Shown here in pieces: positions 54,952 through 64,000 of a stretch of 64,000 nucleotides of DNA. The stretch is taken from assembly GCA_040005235.1 (NCBI GenBank), contig JBDTZG010000024.1, positions 13,583 through 77,582 of the forward strand. The letters are read 5' to 3'. This stretch comes from Acidobacteriota bacterium (GTDB lineage Bacteria; Acidobacteriota; Thermoanaerobaculia; Multivoradales; UBA5704). The notes beneath the pieces are model-generated. The model was not told the origin of the DNA. It did not search any database and saw only the letters and a list, made by a program, of their open reading frames with translations. The position numbers were made by a program, and so were the translations under genes. Position 1 is the first letter of the stretch. Every line of letters begins with the position of its first letter.

Positions 54952-55668
54952 CTAGCGAACGCGGCCCCCGCGCAGGCGTTCAATCAGCGCGCCCAGCGCG
55001 GCACCGATCACAACCATGGCGACGATCGGCCCGGTGTGGGACGGCAGGACGTGGCTTGGGAAGGTGAAGGGGCAGATCAGGCGCCAGGAGGAGTCGGCGA
55101 GCAGTCCAGCGGCGAGGCCGGCGAGGGCTCCGGCGGTGGCCGGTCGGAACGAGAGGCCGCGGCTCAGCAGCCAAAGGCCGATCAACAGGAGCGGCGAGGC
55201 GATCAGGAATTCGTAGTACAGGCAGGCGTTTAGCTCGACGGGCGCCAGTCCGGGCGGGGCGGGAAAGGGGCTTTGGCGGAAGGCGAGCGCCAGGCCGGCG
55301 AGGTGAAATCCGAAGGCGCCGAGGGCGCAGGCCCAGAGGGTGGTGCGCGGTAGGCTGCTCCCGGGAGTCGATTCGCGTAGCGCGCTGACCGCGACCATCA
55401 AAGCCAGAGACAACTGGGCGAACGAAAGTCCCCAGGCGAGGACCGCCCCCAGCTGCGGCAAGTCGGGCCGGAAGCCGTACTTGCTCCAGAACGTCGCGAG
55501 GGCCAGGAGCGTCCAAGGCACCAGCAGAATCGAGCGCTGAAACGGCGGCGCGAGCGGCTTGACGGGTTTCAGGTCGGCGTAGATCGCTCGGCGCAAGGCT
55601 TCAGGCAGAGCGGCGTCGTTTTCGTTGGTCATTTTTGGATCGCTCATGGTGATCATCGGGGCGGTCAC
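54952..55668 (-). CDS. NrsF/DUF1109-like membrane anti-sigma factor
   Basis: DLKPVKPL.PP, ALRE..PG, AG..AGL, L.CP....H...H; GTGA overlap with the sigma gene. Confidence 0.78.
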   Translation of the reverse strand: MTAPMITMSDPKMTNENDAALPEALRRAIYADLKPVKPLAPPFQRSILLVPWTLLALATFWSKYGFRPDLPQLGAVLAWGLSFAQLSLALMVAVSALRESTPGSSLPRTTLWACALGAFGFHLAGLALAFRQSPFPAPPGLAPVELNACLYYEFLIASPLLLIGLWLLSRGLSFRPATAGALAGLAAGLLADSSWRLICPFTFPSHVLPSHTGPIVAMVVIGAALGALIERLRGGRVR

Positions 55669-56234
55669 CCCGCCTCGCCGGCCCTCCCCGGGCCGAGCAG
55701 AATTTCTCGCAACATCACCATTCCACGATGCGCCCGGAGCTTGGCGGCCCCGCCGCGAATTCCGAGCGTCGCTCCGATCTCTTGGAACGACAGGCCCACC
55801 ACGTGGTGCAGAACCAGCGCCTCGCGGCGGTCTTCCGGCACGCCCCGCAACGCCTTCGAGAGTGCCTGGCGATCGGCCAACCCCTCGACCTCCGGCGGCA
55901 CCGGCAGCTCGGGGGCCTCCCCTTCGGGGAAGAGATCGAACCCCTTGCGCGACCTCGTGCGGCGGTCCATCAGGAACGCGTGGCGCGCGATCGCGAAAGC
56001 CCACGGCCGAACCGGCCGATCCCGCTGGTAGGTGTGACGCGCTCGGTGCAGCTGGAGGAACGTCTCCTGCAACAGGTCGTCCGCGACGTTGGTGCTCCGG
56101 GTCAGTGAAATGAGGTACCTCCGCAGGGGTGGCGAGAGGGCTTGATAAAGATCTTCGAACGCTCGCCCGTCGCCCTGCTGGTACCGGACCATGAGGGCGG
56201 AGAGCTCGTCGGCCGAACCTTCGGCTGGTTCCAC
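55665..56234 (-). CDS. ECF RNA polymerase sigma factor
   Basis: LMVRYQQGD..AF..LY, ADDLLQETFL, W.FAIAR, SFQEI..AAKLRAHRG. Confidence 0.92.
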   Translation of the reverse strand: MEPAEGSADELSALMVRYQQGDGRAFEDLYQALSPPLRRYLISLTRSTNVADDLLQETFLQLHRARHTYQRDRPVRPWAFAIARHAFLMDRRTRSRKGFDLFPEGEAPELPVPPEVEGLADRQALSKALRGVPEDRREALVLHHVVGLSFQEIGATLGIRGGAAKLRAHRGMVMLREILLGPGRAGEAG

Positions 56235-56433
56235 TCCACTCCCTCCTATGCCGCGGTCGGGGCGGCGGTTACAACGCTTCGTGGGGCGCGGCGGTCGGAA
56301 AGGCAGGCGCCGGGTGCGGCGTTCCGAAACAGATGGTGTTCGAGTGCGCAATCTATCGCAGGGAGAGCAGGATGGCGAGCAGGGGCCGGCCGGTTCCCTG
56401 TACACTTGGAGCCTGCCGAGGAGGTCCTTTTTG

Positions 56434-56724
56434 ATGTTAGAAAACGTGACGATCGATACGTTCGCCGGCCACAAAGGCTCCGCTTTTCGGATGGTCGCGG
56501 CCGAGAACCTCGCCTTGGAGGTCACGCTCGCGCAAGTGACGGCGCTCGGCGATTCGGGGGGGCGCCAGGCCTTTTCACTGGAATTCCTGGCGCCGCTCGG
56601 CGGCCCGATCTTCCCCCAAAGTATTTATCGCTTCGAGCATGAGGCGCTCGGCGCGCTCGACCTTTTCGCGGTGCCGCTCGGCCCGAAGGGTGGAGGTTTT
56701 CGCTACGAGGTGATCTTCACTTGA
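56434..56724 (+). CDS. DUF6916-like small protein
   Basis: FSLEF......PQ.IY.FEH..LG.L.LF.VPLGP....YE.IF; RBS GAGGAGG. Confidence 0.75.
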   Translation: MLENVTIDTFAGHKGSAFRMVAAENLALEVTLAQVTALGDSGGRQAFSLEFLAPLGGPIFPQSIYRFEHEALGALDLFAVPLGPKGGGFRYEVIFT

Positions 56725-57241
56725 TCTCGGCGTAAGCGGGCAAAGACGCCGCCGGGCCGGGCGTGGCGCCGGGCGGTAGGTATTCCATCAGGAAGTAGAC
56801 GCTGTTCTCGCCGACCTTCTTGAACCCCAAACGCTCATAAAGGCGAAGCGCGGGATTCAGCTGCTCGACGTGGATCGTTAGCGGCAGGCAGGCCGCCGTG
56901 GCCTCTCCGATCAGGCGATTGAGGTATGCCGTTCCAATCCCCCGGTTTCGATGGGCGGCGGCGATCGCGATGTCCATCAAGCGGATTTCCTTCAGGCGGC
57001 GATGGATGTAGAGGCGGCCCGCCCGGTCGCCATTGGCCAGGATCAGCGACAGCTCGGCCCCGGGATAATTCTCGCGGTAGAAGACGTCTTGCGCGTGGAA
57101 CTGCATCGCGCAGAACCCGAACTTCTGCTCGGGGGTCCAGTCGGTCACCGAAAGCTCTTGCTCCCGCGTGCCGGCATAGAGCTCAAGCAGGAACGGTCGA
57201 TCCTCTTCAGTGACCGGCCGCAACGAGAGATCGGAGGCCAT
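56717..57241 (-). CDS. GNAT N-acetyltransferase
   Basis: LRP....D.PFL.ELYA.TR, MQF.AQ, RNRGIG, NPALRLYERLGF. Confidence 0.9.
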   Translation of the reverse strand: MASDLSLRPVTEEDRPFLLELYAGTREQELSVTDWTPEQKFGFCAMQFHAQDVFYRENYPGAELSLILANGDRAGRLYIHRRLKEIRLMDIAIAAAHRNRGIGTAYLNRLIGEATAACLPLTIHVEQLNPALRLYERLGFKKVGENSVYFLMEYLPPGATPGPAASLPAYAEIK

Positions 57242-57263
57242 GCTCCCTTTCCGCTCGCGGGCG

Positions 57264-58022
57264 TTACAACGCTTCGGGCGCGAGCTCGACCGCCATCAAG
57301 ATCGAGGCATAGCGTACCGCAGCGCGCGGGCCGGCGATCGCGGAAAGCCCGACGTCCCGCGCCCACGTTCCCGGTGTCAGGCCGAGGAGGTACAGGCCGC
57401 GGCGGAGCCGCGGCATGCCGGACTCTCGATCGATCGTGAATCGCGTGGTGAAACGGGAAACCAGCCCTGCGGTATCTCTGACTGCCAGACTGAGCTCCAG
57501 TGGCGACTCCTGGGCGTGCTCGAATTCGAAGCGGACCGGCGGGCTGGGGTTCCATCCGCCGCGACGGCGGAGGCTCCAGGCCGCGAAGCGGTTCGGCCGG
57601 TCGTCGATCGGATCGAACGAAGGAAAGATCACGTCCAGGTCCGCGGCGAGAGGCAGCAGCTCGCGCTGCTTCGCTTCAAACGCCGTCGGCGGGTAGAGAC
57701 CCCGGATTGCAATGCGGAGCGGCCGGCCATAAAGCTCGCCGTCGCCCGCCCACAGAGAATCGGCCGGTACGACCCGAAGGCCGGTTTCGGCGTCGGCCTC
57801 AAGGCCGGGGCGGCGCACAGCTCGCGGCAGACGCTTCAGGCTGCGGAGAGTTTCGCTGCCGTCGACGTAGCCGACGGAGAGCGGCGCGGTTTTACCCTCC
57901 TGCGCCCACGCGAACGTAGGCAGCGACGCGCCGAGAATTCCAACCGAAGAGAGCGTTAAAAACTCGCGACGGCTCCACTCCTGCACCGACAAGGAACGAA
58001 CGACAGAGATCGAAGAAGACAT
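57264..58022 (-). CDS. Tat-exported hypothetical protein
   Basis: SRREFL twin-arginine signal followed by a hydrophobic core and AWA. Confidence 0.65.
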   Translation of the reverse strand: MSSSISVVRSLSVQEWSRREFLTLSSVGILGASLPTFAWAQEGKTAPLSVGYVDGSETLRSLKRLPRAVRRPGLEADAETGLRVVPADSLWAGDGELYGRPLRIAIRGLYPPTAFEAKQRELLPLAADLDVIFPSFDPIDDRPNRFAAWSLRRRGGWNPSPPVRFEFEHAQESPLELSLAVRDTAGLVSRFTTRFTIDRESGMPRLRRGLYLLGLTPGTWARDVGLSAIAGPRAAVRYASILMAVELAPEAL

Positions 58023-58239
58023 GAGATGCCTCGCAGAGGTTCAGGAGCGAGAAGAGCCGTCCCTGAGCCGGAAGTTGCGCCGGACAATGCGGGCACGCTA
58101 GCACACCCCGGGCGCGGAAGGCGCACGGAATCAACACTTTAGACAGCCGGTACATGTGCGATCGAGCGAAGTAGAGAGCGGGCGAACGGCTCCCCTCGCG
58201 GGAGGAGCACGCTCTACTGCAGAAGCCTCTAAAGAGGCT

Positions 58240-58761
58240 TCAAGTGCGCGGGGGGTAGACGCCCTGAAGGGCGATGTTGAAGTAGAACGTCAGGTACGGC
58301 TGCAGGTTGTTGTGCGGCTGGTCGCCGCCTGCGGGTGGAAGTCCCTGATCCGACATCGGGACCAGCGGTGCACCTGCGGGAGGCACATAACCGTTGCCGG
58401 CTGCCGGCCTCGCGAAAGAGTTGCTGGCGGCGCTGGTTCGGTTGCCAGGGGCTCCCAGTGACATCAGGGGATGACTATGTGAAGGGATTTCACTTTCTAG
58501 CAGGCTGACAGTTTCGCTGCCGCCAGTCTCGCCGAGGTCATGCAGCGAAAGGCCAGGACCTTGCCCCGGGTGCATCGGCGCTCTTCCTTGAAGGTCGGGC
58601 AAGGCGAAGTTGGACTTTCCATCACCCCCGTACGTCGTTCCCAGGAGCGAGAAGAGGGCGGTGTTCTGAGACAATGGCAACAGCTGTCCGTCGCACCACG
58701 CCCAACCCTTCGGCGCGAAGTTGAACGGGAAAATGCGGATTTCTGCCACAAACGGGTCCAT
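58240..58761 (-). CDS. Phage tail-collar domain / microcystin-dependent-like protein (3)
   Basis: EIRIF.FNFAPKGWA.CDGQLL, LFSLLGTTYGGDG..NFALPDL, HNNLQPYL. Confidence 0.92.
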   Translation of the reverse strand: MDPFVAEIRIFPFNFAPKGWAWCDGQLLPLSQNTALFSLLGTTYGGDGKSNFALPDLQGRAPMHPGQGPGLSLHDLGETGGSETVSLLESEIPSHSHPLMSLGAPGNRTSAASNSFARPAAGNGYVPPAGAPLVPMSDQGLPPAGGDQPHNNLQPYLTFYFNIALQGVYPPRT

Positions 58762-58769
58762 GTCTCCTC

Positions 58770-59273
58770 CTAGGTCGGGCTCGGGAAGATCCCGAACAAG
58801 GAAATGATGAAGTCAACGCAAAGATAAGGCTGGAAGTTCGTATGAGGCTGACTTCCACCTGTCGATCCGATCGACTGCGGTGCCATCGCCGCGGCAGGGG
58901 CTCCTGACTGATAGAGGGTGGCTGCCGACGATTCAGCAGGAAGGTTGTTGTTCGCATTCGGATCGTTTCCCACCGAGTTCGAGCACAGAAGAGGATGGCT
59001 GTGGGCTGTGATCTGGTTTACCGTGAGAGTGATCTCTTCCGCGCCTCCGGTCTCCGCCAGGATAAAGCCGCTGCCCTGGTGAGCTGGGATCCGGCCCCGC
59101 AGGTCGGGTAGCGCGAAGGTGCTCTGACCGTCGCCGCCGTAGGTCGTTCCGATCAGTTGGAACAAGGTCTCGTTCTCGGAGATCGGCAGAAGCTGCCCTT
59201 CACAAAACATCCATCCGGCCGGGGCAAAGTTCCCGGCGAACATTCGAATCTCTCCGACGTATGGTTGGGCCAT
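58770..59273 (-). CDS. Phage tail-collar domain / microcystin-dependent-like protein (2)
   Basis: GEIRMFAGNFAPAGW.FCEGQLL..TYGGDG..FALPDLRGR. Confidence 0.92.
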   Translation of the reverse strand: MAQPYVGEIRMFAGNFAPAGWMFCEGQLLPISENETLFQLIGTTYGGDGQSTFALPDLRGRIPAHQGSGFILAETGGAEEITLTVNQITAHSHPLLCSNSVGNDPNANNNLPAESSAATLYQSGAPAAAMAPQSIGSTGGSQPHTNFQPYLCVDFIISLFGIFPSPT

Positions 59274-59282
59274 GCCGGTCTC

Positions 59283-59786
59283 CTAATTCGGACTCGGGAA
59301 GATGCCCTGGAGGGCAATCGAAAAGTTCAGGATCAAGAAAGGCTGCATGTTCAGGTGCGCTTGGGACCCGCCGACATTCGCGACGGTTCCACCGATCATG
59401 GCCGCCAAGTTCGTGGGCGCGAGGTATGGATTCGCCGGTGCCTGGCGACTCAAGAGATTCGCCGTTGGGATGGGCTGTGACGCGTCCGTTGACGTGGCGT
59501 TGAGCGTGTGCGTATGCGTCGGAAGCTCGGCGATGCTGAGCGTATGGGCCTGTTCGCCGCCCCGCTCGCCGAGGGTATGCCCGCTGCCTACGTGAATCGG
59601 AGTGCGACCGCGAAGGTCGGGCAGCCCGAAGTTGACACGACCGTCTCCCCCGAAAGTCGTCCCCAGGAGCGAGAAGAGCCCCTGGTTCTGGTTGATCGGG
59701 AGCAGCTGCCCATCACACAGCGCCCAGCCTTTGGGTGGAAAAACGAAGCTCATGATCCTTATTTCGCTCAAAAACGGTTCTGCCAT
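59283..59786 (-). CDS. Phage tail-collar domain / microcystin-dependent-like protein (1)
   Basis: EIRIMSF.FPPKGWALCDGQLL..GTTFGGDG..PDLRGR. Confidence 0.92.
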   Translation of the reverse strand: MAEPFLSEIRIMSFVFPPKGWALCDGQLLPINQNQGLFSLLGTTFGGDGRVNFGLPDLRGRTPIHVGSGHTLGERGGEQAHTLSIAELPTHTHTLNATSTDASQPIPTANLLSRQAPANPYLAPTNLAAMIGGTVANVGGSQAHLNMQPFLILNFSIALQGIFPSPN

Positions 59787-59854
59787 TTCTACCTCCCCTG
59801 GTTAGCATGTCCAGTCCGCCACAGTTCATTCATCTCTCCATTGAGGGCGATGCA

Positions 59855-62800
59855 CTACGGCGGCGTAGTGATCGGCCCGGCAATCAACGCCACCCCCGGA
59901 TCAGCGAACATCGTGCCGGTGTTGTGGCTCTGCATCTCAGCTGTGGCTGTACCGCTGGCGGGCGCGTTATCGATCAGTTCGGCCGTTGCTCCGCCGAGCT
60001 CTTCGTAGACGAACCACGCCGCGTTGCCATCGAAGGTCGGGTAGTCGTACGAGCCGTTTGGACCGACCGTCGAGGGCACTGTATTGGTTCGGATGTCCGC
60101 GCGGACCCTGGCCGGACTGCCTTGATTGTCCGCGGCGAGGAAAATTGCAGCAAGCGGGAAAGACGCTGCCGGCGCATTGTTTTGCGCGTCATTGTTGGAG
60201 ACCGTCACGTCGTTCGTCGAGACGATTCCCAAGCCCGTCGTCGTAGAGCCGAGGAATTGCATGTCAACAGCTCGGCCACCTGGGGTCTGCCGGATCACGT
60301 TGCCATCGATCAGGAGAGTGGCCGTGGTTCTGCCTTGGATCACCACCCGAACGCCGTTGCCGGTAGACGATCCCGAGCCGGCAACGCCGATGTTGCCGAT
60401 CGTGTTGCCCTGAATCCTGCCCTTGATCGTGCCGCCTGTCGAGGTAGAGGAGGAGAACACGTTGATGGCGTGAAGGGGAGTAGCCGTCATCATGTTCAAG
60501 TTGTTGAGCATCTTGAAGGTCAGGTTCGCGCTGGTGTCCTGGGTGAAGCTCGCGTGAATGCCGTTGTCGGTGAAGGTGCAGCCGGAGACCGTGAAGTCGG
60601 TGACGGTTGCCGTGTCGTGAGCTTGCACCTCGAGACCACGTTGCGGCGAGTTGGTGCTAAAGGTGGCGCCGCTGATCGTTGCGGCGGTCGTGGTTGACGT
60701 CCCCGAGGCCTCGAAAAGGAACGAGTTGGCACCGGTGGTGTCGCTGATGTTGTTGTAAGCACCGCCACTGACGTTCATCGTCAGCGTGCCCAGGGTATTC
60801 CGGATGTGGACGTTGTTATGCGCCGACGAGCTGACCGTGGTGTTGGTGAGGTTCAGCGTGCCCGTAATGCCGGTCGTCGCGCCGCTCTCCAATCCCAACT
60901 GGATCCCGTCATCGGTCGTCGCGTTGCCGTTGCCGGTGACGCTGCACCCGATTAGATTTAAATTGGTCACGCTCTCGCCGTGGATCCCGTCGTCGGTGCC
61001 GTTTTGTACGTTCATCGAGCTGAGGCTCGCGTTCTGCGTGGACATGAGCAGTACGCCTGGCCCCGATGCTTTTTGGATCGTCCCGCCAGTGCCGGCGCCG
61101 CCGGTACCGCTGACCGTCAACCCGCCGAGCACGCCCGTAGTGTTGAGGACGATGCCGTTCGTCGGACCGCTCGCGGCGGTACCCGCCGTGATGCTTCGGA
61201 ACTTGAGCCCGCCAGCACCTATGGTGGTGTTGGCTACGTTGAGCGCGGTCGCGGTGGTGGTGGTGAGAGTGCTCGTCGTATCGGTCGCCGTGACGGTTCC
61301 ACCTCCCGTCGCCGCGAACGCCGGGCTCGTGCCGGTGGTTGCCGCGATGCCGCCCGAGAAGTTGATCGTTGCCCCGGTGTTCGTGGTCAGCGAGATGCCG
61401 CTGCCCGACTCGGTGATCGCTCCGCTGATCGACACCGTGTCGCTGGTTCGGCTCGTGACCACGACGGCGTTGCCCGAGGTATTGATGATCGGGATACCGA
61501 GGGTGATGTTGCCGTTGCCGCCGCTGATGTTGACCGCGGTGCCGGAAGCGCCGACCGGGTCGGCGATCTGGCCGGTGCCCGCGGAGAGCGCGGTCGATCC
61601 GACGCCACCGAACGCGCTGACCAGGGACAGTCCCGTGGTCGTCGAGTTCGTCGAGCGCAGGAAGTTGAGAGGCAGGCTGATCGAGGCGTTGTTGATGCTG
61701 ACCGCCGGGCCGCCGTTCGAGTCGATGGTCGAGACTCCCGCGCCGACGGCGATTCTGAAGCCGGTTCCGGCCCCGGCGTTGAGCGCGCCGGTGCTGGATG
61801 CAAACAGGCCCGCGCCGGCATCGTTGAAGATGTCGAGGTCGGTGAACGAGAGATCACCGGTCACGCTGGTGAGCAGCATGCCGTTCGTGCTCGTGCCGTT
61901 GCCCGAAGCGCCAATGACCGTAGTGCCGCCGGACACCGTATCGAAGCTGGTGGTGGCGGCGTTCGAGTCGAAGATCGCACCCAGGATCTCGATGCCCGAA
62001 CCGCCCGTGTTGCCCGAGATCGCGTTGTTCTGGAACGCGGTGATCCGGCAGGTACCGGTGGTCCGAAGTAGGTCGATACCGCGGACTCCGGCGGTGATCG
62101 TGTTGTCGTGAATCGACAGGTTGACGGTTGAGGCGGCTCCACCGGCCGCATTGATGTCGATGCCCTCAATGCCCGAGGAACGGATCGTGTTGTTGCGGAT
62201 CTCCGTCGAGCCGGTTCCTGCGAACGCGGCCGTGAGGGTCAGGTCAATCGCGTTGGTGGCACCGGCCAGGTTCAAGCCGGCGATCTCCAGCGGTAGGGCA
62301 TCCGTGGCGCCCGCGCCGTTGCCGCCGGCATCCGTGTCGTCGATCATCGGGGTGGTTCCCGCCGCGCGCAGAAGGGTCGGGTTCGGCCCGCCGTTGACGG
62401 CGACCGCGAGAGTCAGCTGAACTCCCTCGCCGATCAGGCGCTGCGTGTTCTTGAGTACGATGCCGTTGGCCTGGCCCGTGGTGGTCCCGTTGCCGTTGTA
62501 GACGTAGATCGTGTCTCCGGCAACCGAGAAAGTCTCGGCTTCGACGAGGGTGTCGAACGGATCGAAGGAGCGGCCGAACCCGCCGGCCGCTTGGTCGTTC
62601 TTTACGTACCAGACGCGGCCAAAGCGGGTGAGCGTCACGGTTCCCGTAGCGCTCGCGGGAGCCGGGATGCCGTTGTCGGAAACCACGTAGGTGAAGGTCT
62701 CCGTGGCGCTCCCGTCGCCCTGCGCCGGCTCGAAGCTGTAGCGGCCATTGGCCTGCATGTGGACCGTGCCTACCGCAGGGTCCGAGCAATCGAACGGCGC

Positions 62801-64000
62801 GGAGCTGTCGGTGCAGGCTCCAACGGTGATCGAGGTGACCATCACCGTATCGCCCTCGACCGGATCGCTGTCGTTGTCGAGAACGCCGAACGTTGTGCCC
62901 GTGGTCTTGAGCACGTGCGGCGTCGCGACCGCCCCCGTGTCCACTCGAAGCTCCGTGTTGCCGATGAAATCGGCGACGTCGTTGCCGGCGACCGGCGGAT
63001 CGTTCACGCAGGTCACGAGAACCGAGACCGTCGTCGAAGAGCCGCCGGGAGTGAGGGTGTAGGTGAAGGTGGAGGGCGTCGTGCCCGGTGGGTTGTTGCA
63101 GTAGTTCGCGTTCGGGGCGTAGGTGAGACCCGTGCCGCCGCCCGTGATCACCACTGCGCCATTCGCCGGCTGCGTCACCGAGGCGATGCTCTTCGGACCG
63201 GCGTCGATGTCGGTGTCGTTGGCCAGCACGTTGATCGCGTTGGCCCCCGAGTCTTCCACCACCGTTGCCGCGTCGGCCACCGCAACCGGCGGATCGTCGA
63301 CACAGGTGACCGTCATCGTCACCGACGTCGAAGAGCTGCCCGGCGTCAAGGTGTAAGTGAAGGTGTCGAGCGTCGTTCCCGGCGGTTGGTTGCAGTAGTT
63401 CGCGTTCGGCGCATAGGTCAACCCCGTGCCGCCGCCCGTGATCACCACAACGCCGTTCGCCGGCTGCGTCACCGAGGCGACGCTCTTCGGACCGGCGTCG
63501 ACGTCGGTGTCGTTAGCCAGGACGTTGACCGCGTTGGCGCCCGAATCTTCGACCACGGTCGCCGCATCGGCCACCGCTACGGGATTGTCGTCCACGCAGG
63601 TGACCGTCATCGTCACCGTCGTCGAGGAGCTGCCCGGCGTCAAGGTGTAGGTGAAGGTGCTGAGCGTCGTGCCCGGCGGTTGGTTGCAGTAGTTCGCGTT
63701 CGGCGCATAGGTCAGACCCGTGCCGCCGCCCGTGATCACCACGACGCCGTTCGCCGGCTGCGTCACCGAGGCGATACTGATCGGGCCGGCGTCGACATCG
63801 GTGTCGTTGGCCAGCACGTTGACCGCGGTAGCGCCCGAGTCCTCGAGCACCGTCGCCGCGTCGGCCACCGCTACGGGATTGTCGTCGACACAGGTGACCG
63901 TCATCGTCACCGTCGTCGAGGAGCTGCCCGGCGTCAAGGTGTAGGTGAAGGTGCTGAGCGTCGTGCCCGGCGGTTGGTTGCAGTAGTTCGCGTTCGGCGC
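59855..64000 (-). CDS. Large surface adhesin: tandem Ig-like (Big_9/tandem-95-like) repeats plus beta-helix C-terminus; 5' end outside the window
   Basis: Repeats PVAVADAATV.EDS...NVLANDTD.D; G/T/N-rich beta-helical C-terminal half. Confidence 0.85.
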   Translation of the reverse strand, partial: APNANYCNQPPGTTLSTFTYTLTPGSSSTTVTMTVTCVDDNPVAVADAATVLEDSGATAVNVLANDTDVDAGPISIASVTQPANGVVVITGGGTGLTYAPNANYCNQPPGTTLSTFTYTLTPGSSSTTVTMTVTCVDDNPVAVADAATVVEDSGANAVNVLANDTDVDAGPKSVASVTQPANGVVVITGGGTGLTYAPNANYCNQPPGTTLDTFTYTLTPGSSSTSVTMTVTCVDDPPVAVADAATVVEDSGANAINVLANDTDIDAGPKSIASVTQPANGAVVITGGGTGLTYAPNANYCNNPPGTTPSTFTYTLTPGGSSTTVSVLVTCVNDPPVAGNDVADFIGNTELRVDTGAVATPHVLKTTGTTFGVLDNDSDPVEGDTVMVTSITVGACTDSSAPFDCSDPAVGTVHMQANGRYSFEPAQGDGSATETFTYVVSDNGIPAPASATGTVTLTRFGRVWYVKNDQAAGGFGRSFDPFDTLVEAETFSVAGDTIYVYNGNGTTTGQANGIVLKNTQRLIGEGVQLTLAVAVNGGPNPTLLRAAGTTPMIDDTDAGGNGAGATDALPLEIAGLNLAGATNAIDLTLTAAFAGTGSTEIRNNTIRSSGIEGIDINAAGGAASTVNLSIHDNTITAGVRGIDLLRTTGTCRITAFQNNAISGNTGGSGIEILGAIFDSNAATTSFDTVSGGTTVIGASGNGTSTNGMLLTSVTGDLSFTDLDIFNDAGAGLFASSTGALNAGAGTGFRIAVGAGVSTIDSNGGPAVSINNASISLPLNFLRSTNSTTTGLSLVSAFGGVGSTALSAGTGQIADPVGASGTAVNISGGNGNITLGIPIINTSGNAVVVTSRTSDTVSISGAITESGSGISLTTNTGATINFSGGIAATTGTSPAFAATGGGTVTATDTTSTLTTTTATALNVANTTIGAGGLKFRSITAGTAASGPTNGIVLNTTGVLGGLTVSGTGGAGTGGTIQKASGPGVLLMSTQNASLSSMNVQNGTDDGIHGESVTNLNLIGCSVTGNGNATTDDGIQLGLESGATTGITGTLNLTNTTVSSSAHNNVHIRNTLGTLTMNVSGGAYNNISDTTGANSFLFEASGTSTTTAATISGATFSTNSPQRGLEVQAHDTATVTDFTVSGCTFTDNGIHASFTQDTSANLTFKMLNNLNMMTATPLHAINVFSSSTSTGGTIKGRIQGNTIGNIGVAGSGSSTGNGVRVVIQGRTTATLLIDGNVIRQTPGGRAVDMQFLGSTTTGLGIVSTNDVTVSNNDAQNNAPAASFPLAAIFLAADNQGSPARVRADIRTNTVPSTVGPNGSYDYPTFDGNAAWFVYEELGGATAELIDNAPASGTATAEMQSHNTGTMFADPGVALIAGPITTPP
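63013..64000 (-). repeat. 294-bp (98-aa) near-identical tandem repeats in the adhesin
   Basis: TGACCGTCATCGTCACC recurs at 63307, 63601 and 63895 (period 294). Confidence 0.92.

Noticed and set aside
58240-59786. Prophage or tailocin
   Set aside because: Only tail-collar proteins are present, with no other structural, lysis or integration genes.

Overview
High-GC bacterial chromosomal window. The gene families (PAATLLLPYF-type secreted protein, XRE + TPR pair, ECF/FecR/ABC cluster, paired VPS10-like proteins) suggest Acidobacteriota, possibly Thermoanaerobaculia; this is inference only. The housekeeping backbone comprises a tricorn protease (partial), MscS, an amidohydrolase, tRNA-Asn, thiG, panBCD behind a pan-motif leader, a deoxynucleoside kinase and mqnE. 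Accessory DNA interrupts it: several toxin-antitoxin modules, a DUF4365/unknown/SIR2 candidate defence operon, decayed genes, a surface-glycan modification cluster with an in-frame REP doublet, and a tail-collar x3/GNAT/DUF6916 module next to a giant repeat adhesin (partial). The best candidate for an undescribed system is an AT-richer three-gene operon at 51630-54356. It encodes a 2TM-unknown domain-NTPase fusion, a GTP cyclohydrolase II homologue lacking the formate-release Tyr, and a thymidylate-kinase-like enzyme. It may be a nucleotide-modification or nucleotide-depletion anti-phage system, and it is flanked by an array of 20/21-nt mini-hairpins. All calls come from reading motifs by eye; no database searches were run.
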